Shown: positions 17,785 to 19,468 of the stretch, one piece after another
Numbering within the stretch: position 1 is the first letter of the stretch
Layout of the letters: the number at the start of each line of letters is the position of its first letter
NCBI GenBank assembly: GCA_031458695.1
Contig: JAVKJW010000039.1
Span: 1 to 19,468 of the forward strand
Source: Candidatus Thermofontivivens primus
GTDB taxonomy: Bacteria; Sysuimicrobiota; Sysuimicrobiia; Sysuimicrobiales; Thermofontiviventaceae
Direction of reading: 5' to 3'
DNA length: 19,468 bases
Made by a program: the position numbers and the translations under genes
Notes under the pieces: generated by a model
The model's database searches: none
Seen by the model: the letters and a program-made list of their open reading frames with translations, nothing else
Told to the model about the DNA's origin: nothing

Positions 17785-19468
17785 ATGGTTTACCAAGCCA
17801 GCATCCCCCCAGCGTACTGGAGCCTCTCTCCTGAAGAGGTGATCGAAGCTCTGGGAAGTGCTCCTTCGGGTCTCTCCTCAACGGAAGCTCGCGCGCGCCT
17901 GGAACGCTTTGGCCGGAATTCCCTAGGCCCTCAAAAGAGAGTGACCAAGTGGAGAATCCTCATTGGCCAGTTCAACAGCCCTGTGATCCTCATCCTGCTC
18001 TTCGCCACGGGGCTCTCCGCGGTACTGAAGGATTGGGTGGATTCCCTGATCATCCTGAGCATTGTGTTCGCCAGCGCTCTCCTGGGGTTTGTCCAGGAGC
18101 ACGGCGCCCAGACGGCCATCGAAAAGCTCAGGGCCCGGGTCACGATCAAGGCCACTGTGCTCCGTGATGGCCAGCCACAGGCCATCCCCGCGGAGGAGAT
18201 CGTTCCAGGTGACGTCGTGGTTCTTTCAGCAGGCAGCCTGGTCCCCGCCGACGGGATCCTCCTGGAGGCAAAGGACCTCTTTGTCAATCAGGCCACGCTC
18301 ACGGGGGAGACCTTTCCCGTAAGGAAAGAACCGGGAACCGCCCCTGCCCAGGCTGGGCTCGCGGACCGTACCAACACCGTCTTCATGGGGACGAGCGTGC
18401 ACAGTGGCTGGGCACATGTGCTCGTCGTGCAGACCGGCGTATCCACCGCTTTTGGCCAGATTGCCCACAGGCTCACCCTCCGTCCACCGGAAACCGAGTT
18501 CGAACGCGGCATCCGGCGCCTGGGCCACCTCCTCACGGAGATCATGCTGTTGCTCGTGCTTGCCATCTTCGCCATCAACGTATTCTTCCATAGGCCGGTC
18601 CTTGACGCATTGCTCTTTTCGGTGGCTCTCGCGGTGGGCCTTACCCCGCAACTCCTGCCAGCGATCATCACCGTCAACCTCGCCAGGGGCGCCCAAGCCA
18701 TGGCCAGACAGGGCGTGATCGTGCGCCGCCTAGCCTCCATCGAGAACTTCGGCAGCATGGATGTCCTGTGCACAGATAAGACAGGCACGCTGACAGAAGG
18801 GGTTGTACGGCTCGATGGGGCGCTGGATGCAGAGGGCCGACCATCCAAGGATGTGTTTTACCTTGCCTTCCTTAACGCGCGCCTGCAGGCCGGCCTTGCA
18901 AATCCTCTCGATGAGGCCATCGTCGCGCATGCGCAACCCGAGATCGGGGATGTGACCAAGCTTGACGAGATCCCCTACGACTTCGTTCGAAAACGGTTGA
19001 GTGTGGTAGTGCAGCTCGGGGAGGAATGCCTTCTCATTACCAAAGGTGCTTTGGAAGGCCTCTTGACCATCTGCACTCACCTTCGGAAAGGGGAGAAGAT
19101 CCTTCCGCTGGACGAAGAGCGGATCACGGGCATCCGCAAGCGGTATACCGAATGGAGCATGAAGGGGTTTCGGGTTCTCGGATTAGCCAGCAAACCTGTC
19201 CCCAAACAGCAAGCATATAGCCAGAACGATGAGTCTGGGCTTACCTTCGAAGGATTCTTGCTCTTCTTCGATCCCCCCAAACCTGAGGTGAAGGAGGTGA
19301 TCTCTGATCTTGCGAGGCTGGGGGTGCAGATCGTCATCATTTCGGGAGACAATAAGCTCGTGGCTTCCCACGTGGCGGAAGCGATAGGTCTCGATATCAC
19401 CGGAACACTTACTGGTTCAGAGCTTCATCAGCTCGCTGATGAGGCACTTTGGCAGGTGGCCCGCCGGA
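17785..19468 (+). CDS. Mg2+-transporting-like P-type ATPase (MgtA/P3B-like), runs off window edge
   Basis: Not in the ORF track because it has no stop in the window. My translation from ATG 17785 shows GLS..EA..RL...G.N, VPGDVV.L.AG..VPAD, LTGE.FPV.K, AVGLTPQLLP, CTDKTGTLT, G.RVLG.A, F.DPPK and ISGDN. Exact start is uncertain. Confidence 0.88.
   Translation, partial: MVYQASIPPAYWSLSPEEVIEALGSAPSGLSSTEARARLERFGRNSLGPQKRVTKWRILIGQFNSPVILILLFATGLSAVLKDWVDSLIILSIVFASALLGFVQEHGAQTAIEKLRARVTIKATVLRDGQPQAIPAEEIVPGDVVVLSAGSLVPADGILLEAKDLFVNQATLTGETFPVRKEPGTAPAQAGLADRTNTVFMGTSVHSGWAHVLVVQTGVSTAFGQIAHRLTLRPPETEFERGIRRLGHLLTEIMLLLVLAIFAINVFFHRPVLDALLFSVALAVGLTPQLLPAIITVNLARGAQAMARQGVIVRRLASIENFGSMDVLCTDKTGTLTEGVVRLDGALDAEGRPSKDVFYLAFLNARLQAGLANPLDEAIVAHAQPEIGDVTKLDEIPYDFVRKRLSVVVQLGEECLLITKGALEGLLTICTHLRKGEKILPLDEERITGIRKRYTEWSMKGFRVLGLASKPVPKQQAYSQNDESGLTFEGFLLFFDPPKPEVKEVISDLARLGVQIVIISGDNKLVASHVAEAIGLDITGTLTGSELHQLADEALWQVARR

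Overview
GC-rich bacterial window with four blocks. (1) The 5' end of a globin-coupled-sensor/protoglobin-like gene runs off the left edge. (2) A histidine/urocanate utilisation cluster (IclR regulator, LIV-type ABC transporter, hutU, hutI, plus a convergent ureohydrolase that is probably hutG) has no hutH in the window and is followed by a transposase remnant. (3) A clear fluoride (crcB-class) riboswitch with its own promoter and terminator precedes no fluoride exporter; instead it leads into two mutually similar uncharacterised proteins (putative ribbon-helix-helix plus coiled coil) and a DUF6062-like Cys/His protein, followed by a K+-independent membrane pyrophosphatase (hppA). (4) A minus-strand envelope cluster (tatA, PAP2 phosphatase, PIG-L deacetylase, polysaccharide deacetylase) is divergent from an MgtA-like P-type ATPase that runs off the right edge. 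The best candidate for an undescribed system is the fluoride-riboswitch operon at about 10038-11945 (possibly extending to 14437). All family assignments come from motif recognition by eye; no searches were run.
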